From NCBI GenBank assembly GCA_964474855.1, contig CAYYUB010000001.1:1-45121 (forward strand): a stretch of 45,121 nucleotides of DNA, read 5' to 3'. The notes under the pieces are model-generated. The model did not search any database and was not told the origin of the DNA. It saw nothing but the letters and a program-made list of their open reading frames with translations. Shown here in pieces: positions 1 to 10,760 of the stretch. The stretch comes from an uncultured bacterium (GTDB lineage: Bacteria > Hydrothermota > UBA3072). The translations under genes were made by a program, and so were the position numbers. Position 1 is the first letter of the stretch. Every line of letters starts with the position of its first letter.

Positions 1-1306
1 TTGCCGGTAAATCCTGGATGTAATAATCCTGATTATTGATAGAATCGGGAAGTGTATAGGTAAAATCCCAAAGCAAAACCTGAATATTTCCCTCGTCATC
101 TTTACATGCCCATGAACTGGAATTGTTATTTTTCAACTCTGTATATCCAAGTTGATTCATGAACTTGTAGGCGTAGAAAACAGGTTTGTTGATTGCCTGG
201 TAATTTAACATACCAAAGCCGCCATGAAAGGGTGTAAAGCGTGGTCCGGGTTCTTCAAAAATATCTGTGAATACCCAGTACGACATTGAAGTCGCCACAT
301 CTCCAACTTTTTTGATTCTATCAAGCACGTAGGCTGCTTCATGATAACTATCATGTATCGGATCGGCAGGGGTGTATGAAGAACTCCATTCGGTGTAATG
401 AAGTTCTAATCCCGGCATGGAAGAACCTTCAATTTCTTTTCTGGAATTCAGGACATCAATACTCAAGCTCATTGGATTCTTGGCAAGAACAGTCCCGGAA
501 TTTCCATATTCATCAAGAAATCCCTGGTCTACGCCGTAGGCATGCGTGCTGATAAAATCTAACGGAATATTATTCTTACGGCAAAAGTCAATTAATTCGA
601 CTTCCCATGCGGCTCCCGCGGTAGCAGGTCCGCCAACCCGATAATCTTTGTTGACGCTTTTTACAGCAATAGCAGAATGCTTATACAGTTTGAAATATTC
701 TTCCTGCGTTCCCGTCCAGAATCCTGGTGTAAGGTTCGGCTCGTTCCAAACTTCAAAATACCATGTCTTTACTTCATCCGCGCCATAGCGTTCTGTGAAA
801 TGAAGAGTCAGATTGCGGATTAGCTCTTCCCACTTTTTGTAATCTTTCGGTGGTGTGACATTCCCTCTCCACCAGAAAATGGTTTCTCTTCCGCTTGCCA
901 GCGCTTCCGGCATAAATCCTAATTCGATAAAAGGTTTCATTCCGATGCTGAGAATGAAATCGTATAACACGTCTATGTACTGAAAATTATATTCCAGATT
1001 TCCATTTCTGTCTTCACGATAAACACCCATATCATCGGTTAACAGCCCGTGCATGCGGATATATTTAAAACCGCATTCTTTCTTTACGTATATCAATTGC
1101 TGCTGCCAATCAGCCCGCAAACCCTCATTGGCTCTACCTGCGCCAATACATTCCTTAAACATTGTGTTCAAAGGACCTTCAACCTGATTGAAATCAAGAT
1201 TGATTATCCGTTCAGGCAAGCCTGATTGTGCAAATACGCTGGTAACACACAAACTGACAAGAATGGTTACCATTCTCATACTTGTTCTCAAATACTTTTT
1301 CATCAT
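1..1306 (-). CDS. Glycoside hydrolase family 39 (beta-xylosidase-like). The N-terminus is present and the C-terminus is cut by the window edge.
   Basis: Not in the ORF track because it runs open to the window edge. My minus-strand translation from ATG-ATG at 1306/1303 gives MKKYLRTSMRMVTILVSLCVTSVFAQ (signal peptide), then FKYIRMHGLLTDDMG, YFEVWNEPN (clan GH-A acid/base motif) and LHYTEWSSS (nucleophile motif). It stays open to base 2. A GGGGAG SD lies upstream. Confidence 0.8.
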   Translation of the reverse strand, partial: MMKKYLRTSMRMVTILVSLCVTSVFAQSGLPERIINLDFNQVEGPLNTMFKECIGAGRANEGLRADWQQQLIYVKKECGFKYIRMHGLLTDDMGVYREDRNGNLEYNFQYIDVLYDFILSIGMKPFIELGFMPEALASGRETIFWWRGNVTPPKDYKKWEELIRNLTLHFTERYGADEVKTWYFEVWNEPNLTPGFWTGTQEEYFKLYKHSAIAVKSVNKDYRVGGPATAGAAWEVELIDFCRKNNIPLDFISTHAYGVDQGFLDEYGNSGTVLAKNPMSLSIDVLNSRKEIEGSSMPGLELHYTEWSSSYTPADPIHDSYHEAAYVLDRIKKVGDVATSMSYWVFTDIFEEPGPRFTPFHGGFGMLNYQAINKPVFYAYKFMNQLGYTELKNNNSSSWACKDDEGNIQVLLWDFTYTLPDSINNQDYYIQDLPA

Positions 1307-1421
1307 TAGATTAATCTCCCCTTTTTTGAGCAATAAAAGTTACTTGGCGTCATATTTTTTTCCAGCTCCAAACATTATTACTCCTTATTTTAATACTTCT
1401 ATAAGCATAAAAATAAACGAC

Positions 1422-3467
1422 TTATTTTAACTCAATAAACTCGGGTTCAAAAGGTTTAATCGTGAATCCGTCAGTATAATCTTTATTAAACAGAATACTT
1501 CTCGATCTGCCCTTGAGTTCTATCTTTTTGGTTTCACCACTCACATTCAAATATAACAGATGATCTTCATCTATCTGCCTTGCCATAACATCATCAGGTA
1601 CTTTCGGGCCTTTTTTTATTGAAAGTTCGCTGATCAAATCGTCCAGTAGAGGGCTTAATACTTCTCCTCTTGCAGGAAGACCAATATAAATTGCCCTTCC
1701 TTTTCCATATTTATTGGAAGTAATAACCGGGTAATCTTTATCCAGGCTGGTTATATTTCCTAAGACTTCAGCACCTCCGGGTTCAATTACATCGAACCGG
1801 GGCGATTCGGATTCGATATATTTGCCTTTATAACTCACTCGTATTTTTTTTCCTTTATATGAAATTCTTGAAATTTCATTCATACTCTCAATTTCTTCAT
1901 AGTTACCTATTCTAATTCCAAAAACATCACTTAACAAACCCGGGCGAGTACTTGCAAATACCTGGTTGGTGGTATCCACAACTGCTGAATAGCTTGTCAT
2001 TATCGCAGTGCCTCCATTATATATATAGTCACGAATTTTTTTGGCTGTTAATGGATCCATGACTGCTACACCGGGTATGATCAATAGTTTATATTTTAGG
2101 TCGCTGCGGCTGATATCAAGCATTCGTACATCCATATTGCGGTTAAAAAACTGGTTAAAAAAGGTTCCAACCTGGCCTTCATGTTGTTCCGGATAAGAAT
2201 AACTTACTATCTGGCTTGGGAATGAAAAAGCCAATCCAACTTCAGCTTTCAGTTTATAAGGGAAATATTTTTCAATTTTTTTAAATTCCGTGGCAATTTT
2301 TTTGTATTCATCGTATTTGCGGTTCGGAATACCATCCCAATCGATCAATCCTTCCAGATACTGTTCTTCACCGCTATGCATACTTTGCCATGTCCATCCG
2401 CAAACCATCTGGTTGCCAAACATCAGCGAAGCATAAGCTTGCTTTCTGCAGGAATTAGGAACAGCAGTCATGGTTGTAAATTCGTTACACCAGAAAGGAT
2501 TTGTGCTTTCATATTGAATGCGTACAATACCAAATGAAGCCCACAAAATACCCCCGTTGTTAATTAAGGAGGGACCTGCATAAAATCCCTCACCTCCGCG
2601 TGTCATTTTACCAGAATAGGCAATGGGGGCATAGTCGAAAAACTTCGTATAACTGAAATACCATGCATTCGTATTTAGCAGGGCATTTGGTGCATTGGTA
2701 TTTACTTTATCGATGACTTTAAAGAGTAATTGATTGATTTCATCTGAAACAAAACGCCTGAAATCTAGCATTTTTTCGGGCACATCGTTATAGTGGGTCG
2801 ATACAGGAAAGCCAATTTCTTCCCATTGGTTAATCCTTCTCGACCAGCGCTGCGTTGCCCATGCTTTATTCAAATTATCAAGGTTCTTGTATTTATTCCT
2901 TAACCAGACAATGAATCTTTGTCTTGCAGTTTCGGAATAAGAAATTCGTCCATCGCCCGATTCATTATCAATTCCAAAGGCCAGCAATGCCGGATGGTTT
3001 GCATATTGTTTTGTGATGGCATCGGTAAAGCGCAAAGCATATTTCTGGTACATCGGGTCCCCAATGTCTTCCATATAGCGATGATTGGGATACAACACGT
3101 CACCACTCTTATCGGTAATACTAATCGATGGGTATTTATGGTGCAGCCAGATTGGAGCAGGACGAATAGCGATATCAAGAATAACCTTGATACCAGCCTG
3201 ATTCATCATATCCATAACCTTATCAAACCAAGCAAAGTCGAATTTTCCTTCAGACGGTTCGTAAGAGTCCCAGGCCAAATGACCCATGCGGACAACTTTA
3301 AACCCGGCATCTTTCATCAGTTGAATATCATGCTGCACTTTTTCAGGATTTTTATCATCATGAGGATGATAGTTCACCCCGACATACAAACCTTGAGCTT
3401 TCAAAAAAAAGCTAAAAAAGAATAGAATGGCAATTGAAAACAGAATCGTTTTTTTCCTTGTTTTCAT
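1422..3467 (-). CDS. Glycoside hydrolase family 42 beta-galactosidase-like, secreted
   Basis: Track ORF 1422..3494. GH42-type N-terminal TIM barrel (VNYHPHD..., LAWDSYEPSEGKFDFAWFDKVMD, GIDNESG) plus a trimerisation-type middle domain (KLLIIPGVAVMD...YIYNGGTAIMTSYS). The more likely start is the MKTRKK ATG at 3467, preceded by GGGGGT and followed by a signal peptide. The ATG at 3494 is the alternative. Confidence 0.8.
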   Translation of the reverse strand: MKTRKKTILFSIAILFFFSFFLKAQGLYVGVNYHPHDDKNPEKVQHDIQLMKDAGFKVVRMGHLAWDSYEPSEGKFDFAWFDKVMDMMNQAGIKVILDIAIRPAPIWLHHKYPSISITDKSGDVLYPNHRYMEDIGDPMYQKYALRFTDAITKQYANHPALLAFGIDNESGDGRISYSETARQRFIVWLRNKYKNLDNLNKAWATQRWSRRINQWEEIGFPVSTHYNDVPEKMLDFRRFVSDEINQLLFKVIDKVNTNAPNALLNTNAWYFSYTKFFDYAPIAYSGKMTRGGEGFYAGPSLINNGGILWASFGIVRIQYESTNPFWCNEFTTMTAVPNSCRKQAYASLMFGNQMVCGWTWQSMHSGEEQYLEGLIDWDGIPNRKYDEYKKIATEFKKIEKYFPYKLKAEVGLAFSFPSQIVSYSYPEQHEGQVGTFFNQFFNRNMDVRMLDISRSDLKYKLLIIPGVAVMDPLTAKKIRDYIYNGGTAIMTSYSAVVDTTNQVFASTRPGLLSDVFGIRIGNYEEIESMNEISRISYKGKKIRVSYKGKYIESESPRFDVIEPGGAEVLGNITSLDKDYPVITSNKYGKGRAIYIGLPARGEVLSPLLDDLISELSIKKGPKVPDDVMARQIDEDHLLYLNVSGETKKIELKGRSRSILFNKDYTDGFTIKPFEPEFIELK

Positions 3468-3514
3468 ATCTTTACCCCCAATCTTATCATTCATAACGAC
3501 ATTCTCTTGTAGGT

Positions 3515-6133
3515 TTATTTAATCATAATTTTAATCATCTTTAAATCTTTTACGTCGGAACTGTTTCCATATAAAATCTCATACTCTCCGGAGGTTACAG
3601 CCATTTTCCTGCTTGCCCTATCGAAAAACTCGAACGCAGAATAAGGCAGGTTGATAACTGCCCGGCCGGTCTGGCCTGCAGCCACGTCTACCCTTTGAAA
3701 ACCTCTGAGTGTTTTTAACGGTCCATCCGTGTCGTTTACCTTGTGCACGTACACCTGAACAATTTCAGTTCCGTCGCGGTTGCCTTTATTGACAACCGGG
3801 ATAGTAAGCTCGATCGATTCGTCCGTTTTTATTACAGTTTTACTGAGATTTGCGTTACCGATTGCAAAGGTAGTATAACTCAATCCAAATCCAAACGGGA
3901 AAAGCGGATCGGACATATAGCGATAAGTTCGTCCTTTCATCGAATAATCTTCAAAATCCGGCAATTGCTGCAGGTTTTTGTAAAAAGTGATCGGCAGTTT
4001 ACCCGCAGGATTATAATCACCGAACAATACGTCAGCAACTGCCTGCCCGCCGGATTCACCAGCATACCAGGCCTGGAGGATTGCATCGCAGCTTTCGGTT
4101 TCAGGCATCAATCCAATAGCCGAACCTGAACAATTCACAAAAACAATCTTTTTTCCGGCTTGTTTCAGAGCCTTCAGGCAATTACGCTGTACCGAAGGAA
4201 GTTCAATATCGGTACGGTCTCCGTTCTTGAAACCCGGGTATGACACCGGCATTTCTTCGCCTTCAAGCAGCGTAGAAAGACCGCCGACAAATATGACCAC
4301 ATCGATGTCCTGAAGTTTCTTTAAAAGCTCGGTATAATCCACATCTACTTCTTTACCAAAATTAAATTCGATGTTTGCCTGCCAATTATACAACTGGGCA
4401 TATCGTATTTCTATTTTATATTTTTTACCACTTTCAACTTTGTAAGGAAATCTTGACGGAAGTGTTCTCCAATTATCATACTTTGTAATAGATTCTCCGT
4501 TTACCAACAATTCAAAGCGTCCCGTTGCTCCACATTTAAATACGATTTCTTCGCTTTGAGACGGCACAAACTCGGTTTCATATTTAGCCGAAAAGCCTTC
4601 GAGTCGAACCCCGGGCGCGAATTCATGTTGCCCGGCAGTCGTTAATTTCAGGGGATTAACTATCTGCTGAGTCGTTACAATATCTCCCTTAAATTCCGCG
4701 TTGTTCCAATACGTGGCTTTAAAACCCTTTTTGCCGTCAAACGAACATTTCGAAAAATAGCTTTCTGTGACTTTATCTTCAACCAGATCGCATCCTTTGT
4801 CATAAAGAATCTTATCAACCGAAAGTCTTGATGTAATCCCGTCCAGAATTGTGATTGTTCGAACCGGTTTTCCGTTATAATTGCCCCACAACATCGGTTC
4901 ATCATCCGCATTGGGGCCAATGACAGCAATCTTGTGAATGGATTTTTTTAAGGGGAGAATATTGTTTTTATTCTGAAGCAGTGTCATGGAACGACGCGCC
5001 ATTTCCAAAGCAAGTTTTCTATGCTCTTTATTATTGACAACTGACATGGGGATTTTTGACCAGGGGACTAACGCATCATCATCCATTTCACCCAGGTCGA
5101 AACGTCCAATCAGTACACGCATTAGACGTATGTCAATCTCATCTTCAGTTATCAATCCTTTTACAACGGCTTCAGGCAATCTTTTATAATTATGGTTATT
5201 CCATTGGCATTCAAGATCGGTTCCTGCCAGAACACCTTTGGCAGCAGCATGGACAACATCGGAGGACACTTTATGGCTGGTGAAAAAATCGGTAATGGCG
5301 CCACAGTCAGCAACAACAAGGTTTTTGTAGTGCCATTCATCACGAAGGATTCGTTGTAAGAGTCTTGTGTTACCGCAGCAGGGGTCATCGTCCAGACGCT
5401 GATAGGCGCACATCACCTGGCGGACATCGGCTTCCTGAACCAATGCTTTAAATGCAGGAAGATAAGTTTCCCGCAAGTCACGCGGATCGATATCATTCAG
5501 GTTAATTTCATGCCGGCTCCATTCCGGCCCGGAATGCACGGCATAATGCTTGGCACAGGCCAGCAGCTTTCGGTATCTCGCATCGGCAGGTCCCTGCAGG
5601 CCTTTCACTACCGAAATACCCATACGTGACATCAGGTAAGGATCTTCACCATAAGTTTCCTGACCGCGTCCCCATCGCGGGTCACGGAATACGTTGACAT
5701 TGGGCGTCCACACCGAAAGGCTCAGAAAACGCCTGTTTCCCTCCCCATTTCGAATGGCTTCATGATACTTGGCACGCGTTTCGTCCGAAGTCGCGCTGAA
5801 TATCCGATGAACCAGTTCATCGTCAAACGAGGCGGCCATGCCGATTGGTTCGGGGAAAACGGTAACATCATCATTATTAGCAAGGCCATGCAAGGCTTCG
5901 CTCCACCAGTTGAAATTTTTAATTCCCAGACGGGGAATTGCATCCGATACATCACACATCAGAGCCGCTTTTTCTTCCAATGTGAGACGGGAAATTAAAT
6001 CTTTCGCTCTTTCTTCCGAACTCAGATTTGGATTTTGATAGGGCAGTTGTTGTCCCCATAAAGTTGCTATAAACAGAAAAATTGCTATAACGCATAATAT
6101 TTTCTTACAGTTTTTGGGTAATAATAATTTCAT
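3515..6133 (-). CDS. Glycoside hydrolase family 3 (beta-glucosidase/beta-xylosidase) with PA14 insertion and Fn3-like C-terminal domain
   Basis: KHYAVHSGPE motif, nucleophile context VVADCGAI, PA14-like ATYWNNAEFKGD, C-terminal IVQVYVHKVND...LRGFQRV. Signal peptide present. GGAAGGAG SD upstream of the ATG. Confidence 0.88.
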   Translation of the reverse strand: MKLLLPKNCKKILCVIAIFLFIATLWGQQLPYQNPNLSSEERAKDLISRLTLEEKAALMCDVSDAIPRLGIKNFNWWSEALHGLANNDDVTVFPEPIGMAASFDDELVHRIFSATSDETRAKYHEAIRNGEGNRRFLSLSVWTPNVNVFRDPRWGRGQETYGEDPYLMSRMGISVVKGLQGPADARYRKLLACAKHYAVHSGPEWSRHEINLNDIDPRDLRETYLPAFKALVQEADVRQVMCAYQRLDDDPCCGNTRLLQRILRDEWHYKNLVVADCGAITDFFTSHKVSSDVVHAAAKGVLAGTDLECQWNNHNYKRLPEAVVKGLITEDEIDIRLMRVLIGRFDLGEMDDDALVPWSKIPMSVVNNKEHRKLALEMARRSMTLLQNKNNILPLKKSIHKIAVIGPNADDEPMLWGNYNGKPVRTITILDGITSRLSVDKILYDKGCDLVEDKVTESYFSKCSFDGKKGFKATYWNNAEFKGDIVTTQQIVNPLKLTTAGQHEFAPGVRLEGFSAKYETEFVPSQSEEIVFKCGATGRFELLVNGESITKYDNWRTLPSRFPYKVESGKKYKIEIRYAQLYNWQANIEFNFGKEVDVDYTELLKKLQDIDVVIFVGGLSTLLEGEEMPVSYPGFKNGDRTDIELPSVQRNCLKALKQAGKKIVFVNCSGSAIGLMPETESCDAILQAWYAGESGGQAVADVLFGDYNPAGKLPITFYKNLQQLPDFEDYSMKGRTYRYMSDPLFPFGFGLSYTTFAIGNANLSKTVIKTDESIELTIPVVNKGNRDGTEIVQVYVHKVNDTDGPLKTLRGFQRVDVAAGQTGRAVINLPYSAFEFFDRASRKMAVTSGEYEILYGNSSDVKDLKMIKIMIK

Positions 6134-6176
6134 AACATAACTCCTTCCTACAAGTAAAAATCCATCCGTTATTCTC

Positions 6177-8603
6177 TTATATTCTGACTACAACCTTTTC
6201 GCCTGTATATGTAACCTCTTTATCATACTTCTTGACAGCATCCGTTCCCGTCCCTGTACCGGGAGCAACATTAATAATATTGAAGATACGCGCATTGAGC
6301 ATTCCGGGGAAAGAACCCTGCCTGTCGCTGATGGTTAAAACTTTCTTTTCATCATCCCATTCAAAAAGAATAGTGGAATAATATCCCTTCTCATAATTAT
6401 AATTGTCATTTTCATCTTCATATAGTGTAAACTCGCCATCAGCACCCGGATAGATACGTATTTCAAGATCATCCCATTTTTTCTCTGTGGCATATTGCAC
6501 CTTTGGCCCAAACGGAATAATGGAACCCGCCTTTACATAAAGAGGCAAGATGTCAATCGGTGTCTCTTTATTTTGAGTTTGTCCACCGCTATACTTTTCG
6601 CCGGTCCAGAAATCATACCAATCGGATCCTTTGGGCAGATAAACTTCTTCATCTTTTATCGTGCTGAAATCTTCAACATTGGTCGTATCATTTCCTTGAA
6701 TACCGATTTTTGAATACATCGGCCTGGTGACCGGGCAAACCAACAGAGACTTTCCGAACATATACTGGTCGTTGATATCGAGTGCCTCTTTATCATCGGC
6801 AAAATCCATCACCAGGGCACGCATCATACTCGATTGGTTGGCAGTAACGTCCCACGAGGTAGAATAAATATAGGGTAACAATCTGTAACGCAGGTTAATG
6901 AATTTTTCAATGACATCGTACACCTTGTCACCCTTTTTACCAAACTGATAGATTTCACGAGGGGCATCGGTGCCGTGTGAACGCATCATCGGGCAGAATG
7001 CGCCGAACTGGATCCAGCGCGCGTAGAGTTCACAGTAATCGGCATCCTCAAGTTTTTTCGGATATTCCCAGAGAAAGAATCCGCCTATATCGCTGTTCCA
7101 GTGTGGAATGCCGCAGAGTGAAAAGTTGAGTCCTGCCGAAATCTGATTTCTAAGTGCATCCCAGGATGTCACCACATCACCCGACCAGGTATTGGCGCCG
7201 TAACGCTGCTGTCCGGCAAAGGCCGAACGGGTAAGAATAAACACTCTCTTGTCGGATGTGACCGAACGCTGGTGATCATAGACGCCACTTACTGTCATTA
7301 AGGGAAAGGCATTGCGTACTTTCCGGAAAGAACCCAGATAGGTTTGATTGTCGAAATCGGAAGGTTTGAATTGCATATGGTCAGGTTCTGATGAATCTAT
7401 CCACCATCCGTCCATTCCAAGCGAAAAGATACCTTTGTTCAGGTACTTCCAGTAAATATCACGCGCTAAAGGATGATAAGGATCGTACACCCTGACCCCT
7501 GAAGGATAATCCATATTGGGCGGCCATTTTTCCGAACCGGATTGCGGCCATGTTTGAAAATCCATAAGCGCGCTAATTTTATCTAATTCTTTATATTGTT
7601 TTGTTTGGGGACCAAAAGAGTTCCAGATGGAAATGATCATCTGCGCATTCAGGTTGTGCACGTCATCAACCATCTTTTGTGGATCGTAAAATTCGGGATT
7701 CAGGAATTCCATGGCGTTCCACAGGTAATTGTTGCCCCAGTACTGCCAGTCCTGAATAATACCGTCTAAAGGAACTCCCAGTTCGCGGTATTTTTTAACC
7801 ACTCCTACTGTTTCATCCTGACTTTTATAACGCTCTTTGCTTTGCCAATAACCGTAAGTCCATAATGGGAACATCGGCACCTGACCCGTAAGATCACGCA
7901 TTTGGGCAATCACACCATCGGCATTGCCGCCGTACATAAAATAATAATCAATACAATCACCGACTTCCGAGGTAAACGAAGTTTCGTCTTTGTTATCGAT
8001 AAAAGTAGTTGGCGAATAGTTATCCCAGAAAACACCGTACCCTTTTACGGATTGAAAAAACGGAATAAAATCTTCCGTATTGTTTTGTACCATGTATACC
8101 TTTTGGTTGCGCTGTATCATTTTACCTTTTTGCTGTTGTCCCAAACCGTAGATAGCTTCATCTTTATGCAAAACAAATGACTGATACACATTGTAGGTCT
8201 TAATATCTGCATCGTTGAAATCTATAAACGCAATGCCCGCTTCTTTCTCGCTTAAAAGCGGCCCGGCCCCGGCGGACGGAGTTGTAAATGAAACCTTGCC
8301 GTTTTTCAGGTTTAGGACAACCATAAGGATTTCACTTTTCAGGGAAAGTTCGTCTCCCTGCCGCTTAATGCTATAAGCCGTTTTTTGCGGAGTTTTAATA
8401 ACCGACAGGCTTTCTTTTATAAAGGTTTTGCCTTTGGGCCATTTCAGTACCCTTACTGTGGACGGACTGTAGAACTGAATTTCAACTTCGATAGAATTAA
8501 TTATTGATTTTATACCCAAATCAGTTTTCTGAAAAGTTTGAGCTTTAATGCTACCAAATAGGACAAATGCTAATAATATGATGATCAAAAGTTTTTTATT
8601 CAT
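6177..8603 (-). CDS. Glycoside hydrolase family 31 (alpha-xylosidase/alpha-glucosidase)
   Basis: GMDGWWIDSSEPD (nucleophile region), NTWSGDV and NSDIGGF (acid/base region) are GH31 signatures. Signal peptide MNKKLLIIILLAFVLFGSIKAQ. TAGGAGAA SD. Confidence 0.85.
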   Translation of the reverse strand: MNKKLLIIILLAFVLFGSIKAQTFQKTDLGIKSIINSIEVEIQFYSPSTVRVLKWPKGKTFIKESLSVIKTPQKTAYSIKRQGDELSLKSEILMVVLNLKNGKVSFTTPSAGAGPLLSEKEAGIAFIDFNDADIKTYNVYQSFVLHKDEAIYGLGQQQKGKMIQRNQKVYMVQNNTEDFIPFFQSVKGYGVFWDNYSPTTFIDNKDETSFTSEVGDCIDYYFMYGGNADGVIAQMRDLTGQVPMFPLWTYGYWQSKERYKSQDETVGVVKKYRELGVPLDGIIQDWQYWGNNYLWNAMEFLNPEFYDPQKMVDDVHNLNAQMIISIWNSFGPQTKQYKELDKISALMDFQTWPQSGSEKWPPNMDYPSGVRVYDPYHPLARDIYWKYLNKGIFSLGMDGWWIDSSEPDHMQFKPSDFDNQTYLGSFRKVRNAFPLMTVSGVYDHQRSVTSDKRVFILTRSAFAGQQRYGANTWSGDVVTSWDALRNQISAGLNFSLCGIPHWNSDIGGFFLWEYPKKLEDADYCELYARWIQFGAFCPMMRSHGTDAPREIYQFGKKGDKVYDVIEKFINLRYRLLPYIYSTSWDVTANQSSMMRALVMDFADDKEALDINDQYMFGKSLLVCPVTRPMYSKIGIQGNDTTNVEDFSTIKDEEVYLPKGSDWYDFWTGEKYSGGQTQNKETPIDILPLYVKAGSIIPFGPKVQYATEKKWDDLEIRIYPGADGEFTLYEDENDNYNYEKGYYSTILFEWDDEKKVLTISDRQGSFPGMLNARIFNIINVAPGTGTGTDAVKKYDKEVTYTGEKVVVRI

Positions 8604-8668
8604 ATTAACATTCTCCTATAGTTACTTATAAAAAATTTCTTGAATTGTAATCTTTCTCATATTGTCTC

Positions 8669-10639
8669 CTATTGACGGTTATCAGATTTCTCTTCCTTTA
8701 TTAGAGTTTTTATCACAAACCCGCCATAAGGATGCATCGTGATCGTGACGGGCGCTGAAAATTTGATTTCTCTTTTTATAAAACCTTTTTCATGATCCGA
8801 ATCGGTAATGATAGTACCTTTTGATGAATTATCAATGAAAGGAACATTGAGCGTTATTGTGCGTTCAGAGTTTTCGCCGTTGATACCTGCAATGTACCAC
8901 CTGTCATCCTTTTTTCTTGCCAATACGACATATTTCCCGGGGAAACCGTCGATAAATTTCACGTCATCCCAGGTTTCAGGCAAGGCGCTCATATATTCCT
9001 TAACAAAATCTTTTTGAGCAGCCATACCGTTTGGTGTCTCGGCAATATGTTGAATACCCGAAGTAAAAATAACCGATGAAGCTATTTCAAAACCACCGGT
9101 GGTTCTGCGTGTGATATTGGGAATGCCTGAAAAATTCACAGGCGTAAAATCCATCGGATCAAAGAGGTTTCTTGTGAATGGAATGATTGTACAATGTGAA
9201 GGTTGATTATCTGCAAAGTACTGTCCAAAAGTTACATATTCTTCTCCTCTGATAGCTTCCATGCTTACTAAATTGGGATACGTTCTATGCCATCCCCTTG
9301 GGAAAGTACAGCCATGAAAGTTTACTGCAAGATTGTATTTCGCAGCATCTTTCAAGATATCGATGTAATATTTCATCATGGACTGTCCATCACCACCAAA
9401 AAAATCTACTTTAATACCGCTAATGCCCATATCTTTCAACTTCTGAAACTCGGCGCGTCTCGATTCCTTTGTAAGCATTTTATCGCGCGGTGTGAGTGTC
9501 GTTGTATTCCAATCGCCTGCTGAATTATACCATAATAAAACTTTTACGTTTTTGCTTTTGGCATAATCTGCGAGTTGTTTTATCTTTTCGTATCCAATTT
9601 GAGTATCCCAAAAAGCATCTATGAGACAATACCTCCAATTCATGGAAGCTGCAAAATCGATGAATCGTCGCTGAGCACCGTAAACAGTTGAATCATCTTT
9701 TAGAATAACCCAGCTCCAGGATGCAATCCCCGGCTGAAGCCATGAAGAAACATCATATCGGGCTGGATTAGCTAAATCGGTTCCTAAAGTAGATTCAACA
9801 AGATCTGCCAAATTATCAGTAAGTGCAATAATCCGCCAGGGAGTATACCACGGTAAAACAGATTCCGGCAAAACAGGTTCGCCCGGCCTACCTTCCTGCG
9901 GCTGGGGAAATTGTACCGAATATTCGCCGTCGGGAGAAAATTGGCTTAAACGTGATCCGCAATAGTTCGTATCAACGGCAGTTTCTGTAATACTCATCCA
10001 GTATTTCCCGAAATTAAAAAGTGCGGGTATCACCCATCCTGCTTGATTTGGTGCATTTGTACCAACAGGTATATTTATATTATAATATTCTTCATAAGAG
10101 GGTGAAGAGAAGCACCATCCCATTCGCGCATCCGGACACTGCTGCAGAAAGGCTTTTGTAGAACGGTCAAAGTGATAGGAGGTTACTTCTTTAAAAATTT
10201 TTACAGTTGTATCCGTTTTGCCCGGGAAATGATACCTGAATGCAACGCCATCATTAGATACCTGAAAAATGATATTTATGGGTTTTGTATTTGAATTTTT
10301 CAAATACAAAACACGCTTGTTGCCTGTATAGCTGCAATTTAACCGTTTGCCATGCAACAGTGTATAATTGTCCGTTACTATACTTTCACTTGACACCGAA
10401 TCAAGTATAAGGTTAGTTGAAAAGTTATCGTCGCTTCTGATGATTCCTAATTTCGATTGCTTGAGAATAGTTGAACCCGAATGAGAGACAGAATAAACTG
10501 GTTCACCGGTAGAAGTAAGCCAAAAGTTGACAGAGATTTTATCATTTGGACTTTTTAACGTATAACTCTCCTTGCAAAAAGCATCTGTAAAAAAAGTTAT
10601 CACAAACAGGATCAGCAGAAATTTTACATTTTTTATCAT
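8669..10639 (-). CDS. Glycoside hydrolase family 97 (alpha-glucosidase/alpha-galactosidase, SusB-like)
   Basis: GISGIKVDFFGGDGQ...YNLAVNFHGCTFPRGWHRTYPNLVSMEAIRGEEY matches the GH97 core pattern. Signal peptide present. AAGGAGA SD. Confidence 0.8.
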   Translation of the reverse strand: MIKNVKFLLILFVITFFTDAFCKESYTLKSPNDKISVNFWLTSTGEPVYSVSHSGSTILKQSKLGIIRSDDNFSTNLILDSVSSESIVTDNYTLLHGKRLNCSYTGNKRVLYLKNSNTKPINIIFQVSNDGVAFRYHFPGKTDTTVKIFKEVTSYHFDRSTKAFLQQCPDARMGWCFSSPSYEEYYNINIPVGTNAPNQAGWVIPALFNFGKYWMSITETAVDTNYCGSRLSQFSPDGEYSVQFPQPQEGRPGEPVLPESVLPWYTPWRIIALTDNLADLVESTLGTDLANPARYDVSSWLQPGIASWSWVILKDDSTVYGAQRRFIDFAASMNWRYCLIDAFWDTQIGYEKIKQLADYAKSKNVKVLLWYNSAGDWNTTTLTPRDKMLTKESRRAEFQKLKDMGISGIKVDFFGGDGQSMMKYYIDILKDAAKYNLAVNFHGCTFPRGWHRTYPNLVSMEAIRGEEYVTFGQYFADNQPSHCTIIPFTRNLFDPMDFTPVNFSGIPNITRRTTGGFEIASSVIFTSGIQHIAETPNGMAAQKDFVKEYMSALPETWDDVKFIDGFPGKYVVLARKKDDRWYIAGINGENSERTITLNVPFIDNSSKGTIITDSDHEKGFIKREIKFSAPVTITMHPYGGFVIKTLIKEEKSDNRQ

Positions 10640-10760
10640 TTGAATCTCCTTTTTCTTATAAAATCAAAAGTCATAAATTACGTTTGTATATTTAATCAGC
10701 AATTTTCAAAAGAGCTTCGAACAACAGAGCTTATATAATCGGATTCTTTAAACATTAATA

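Noticed and set aside
1188-1430. 80-aa plus-strand ORF at the GH39/GH42 junction
   Set aside because: It overlaps the GH39 signal-peptide coding region and the short intergenic spacer on the opposite strand. It has no SD and gives an isoleucine- and phenylalanine-rich AT-driven translation.
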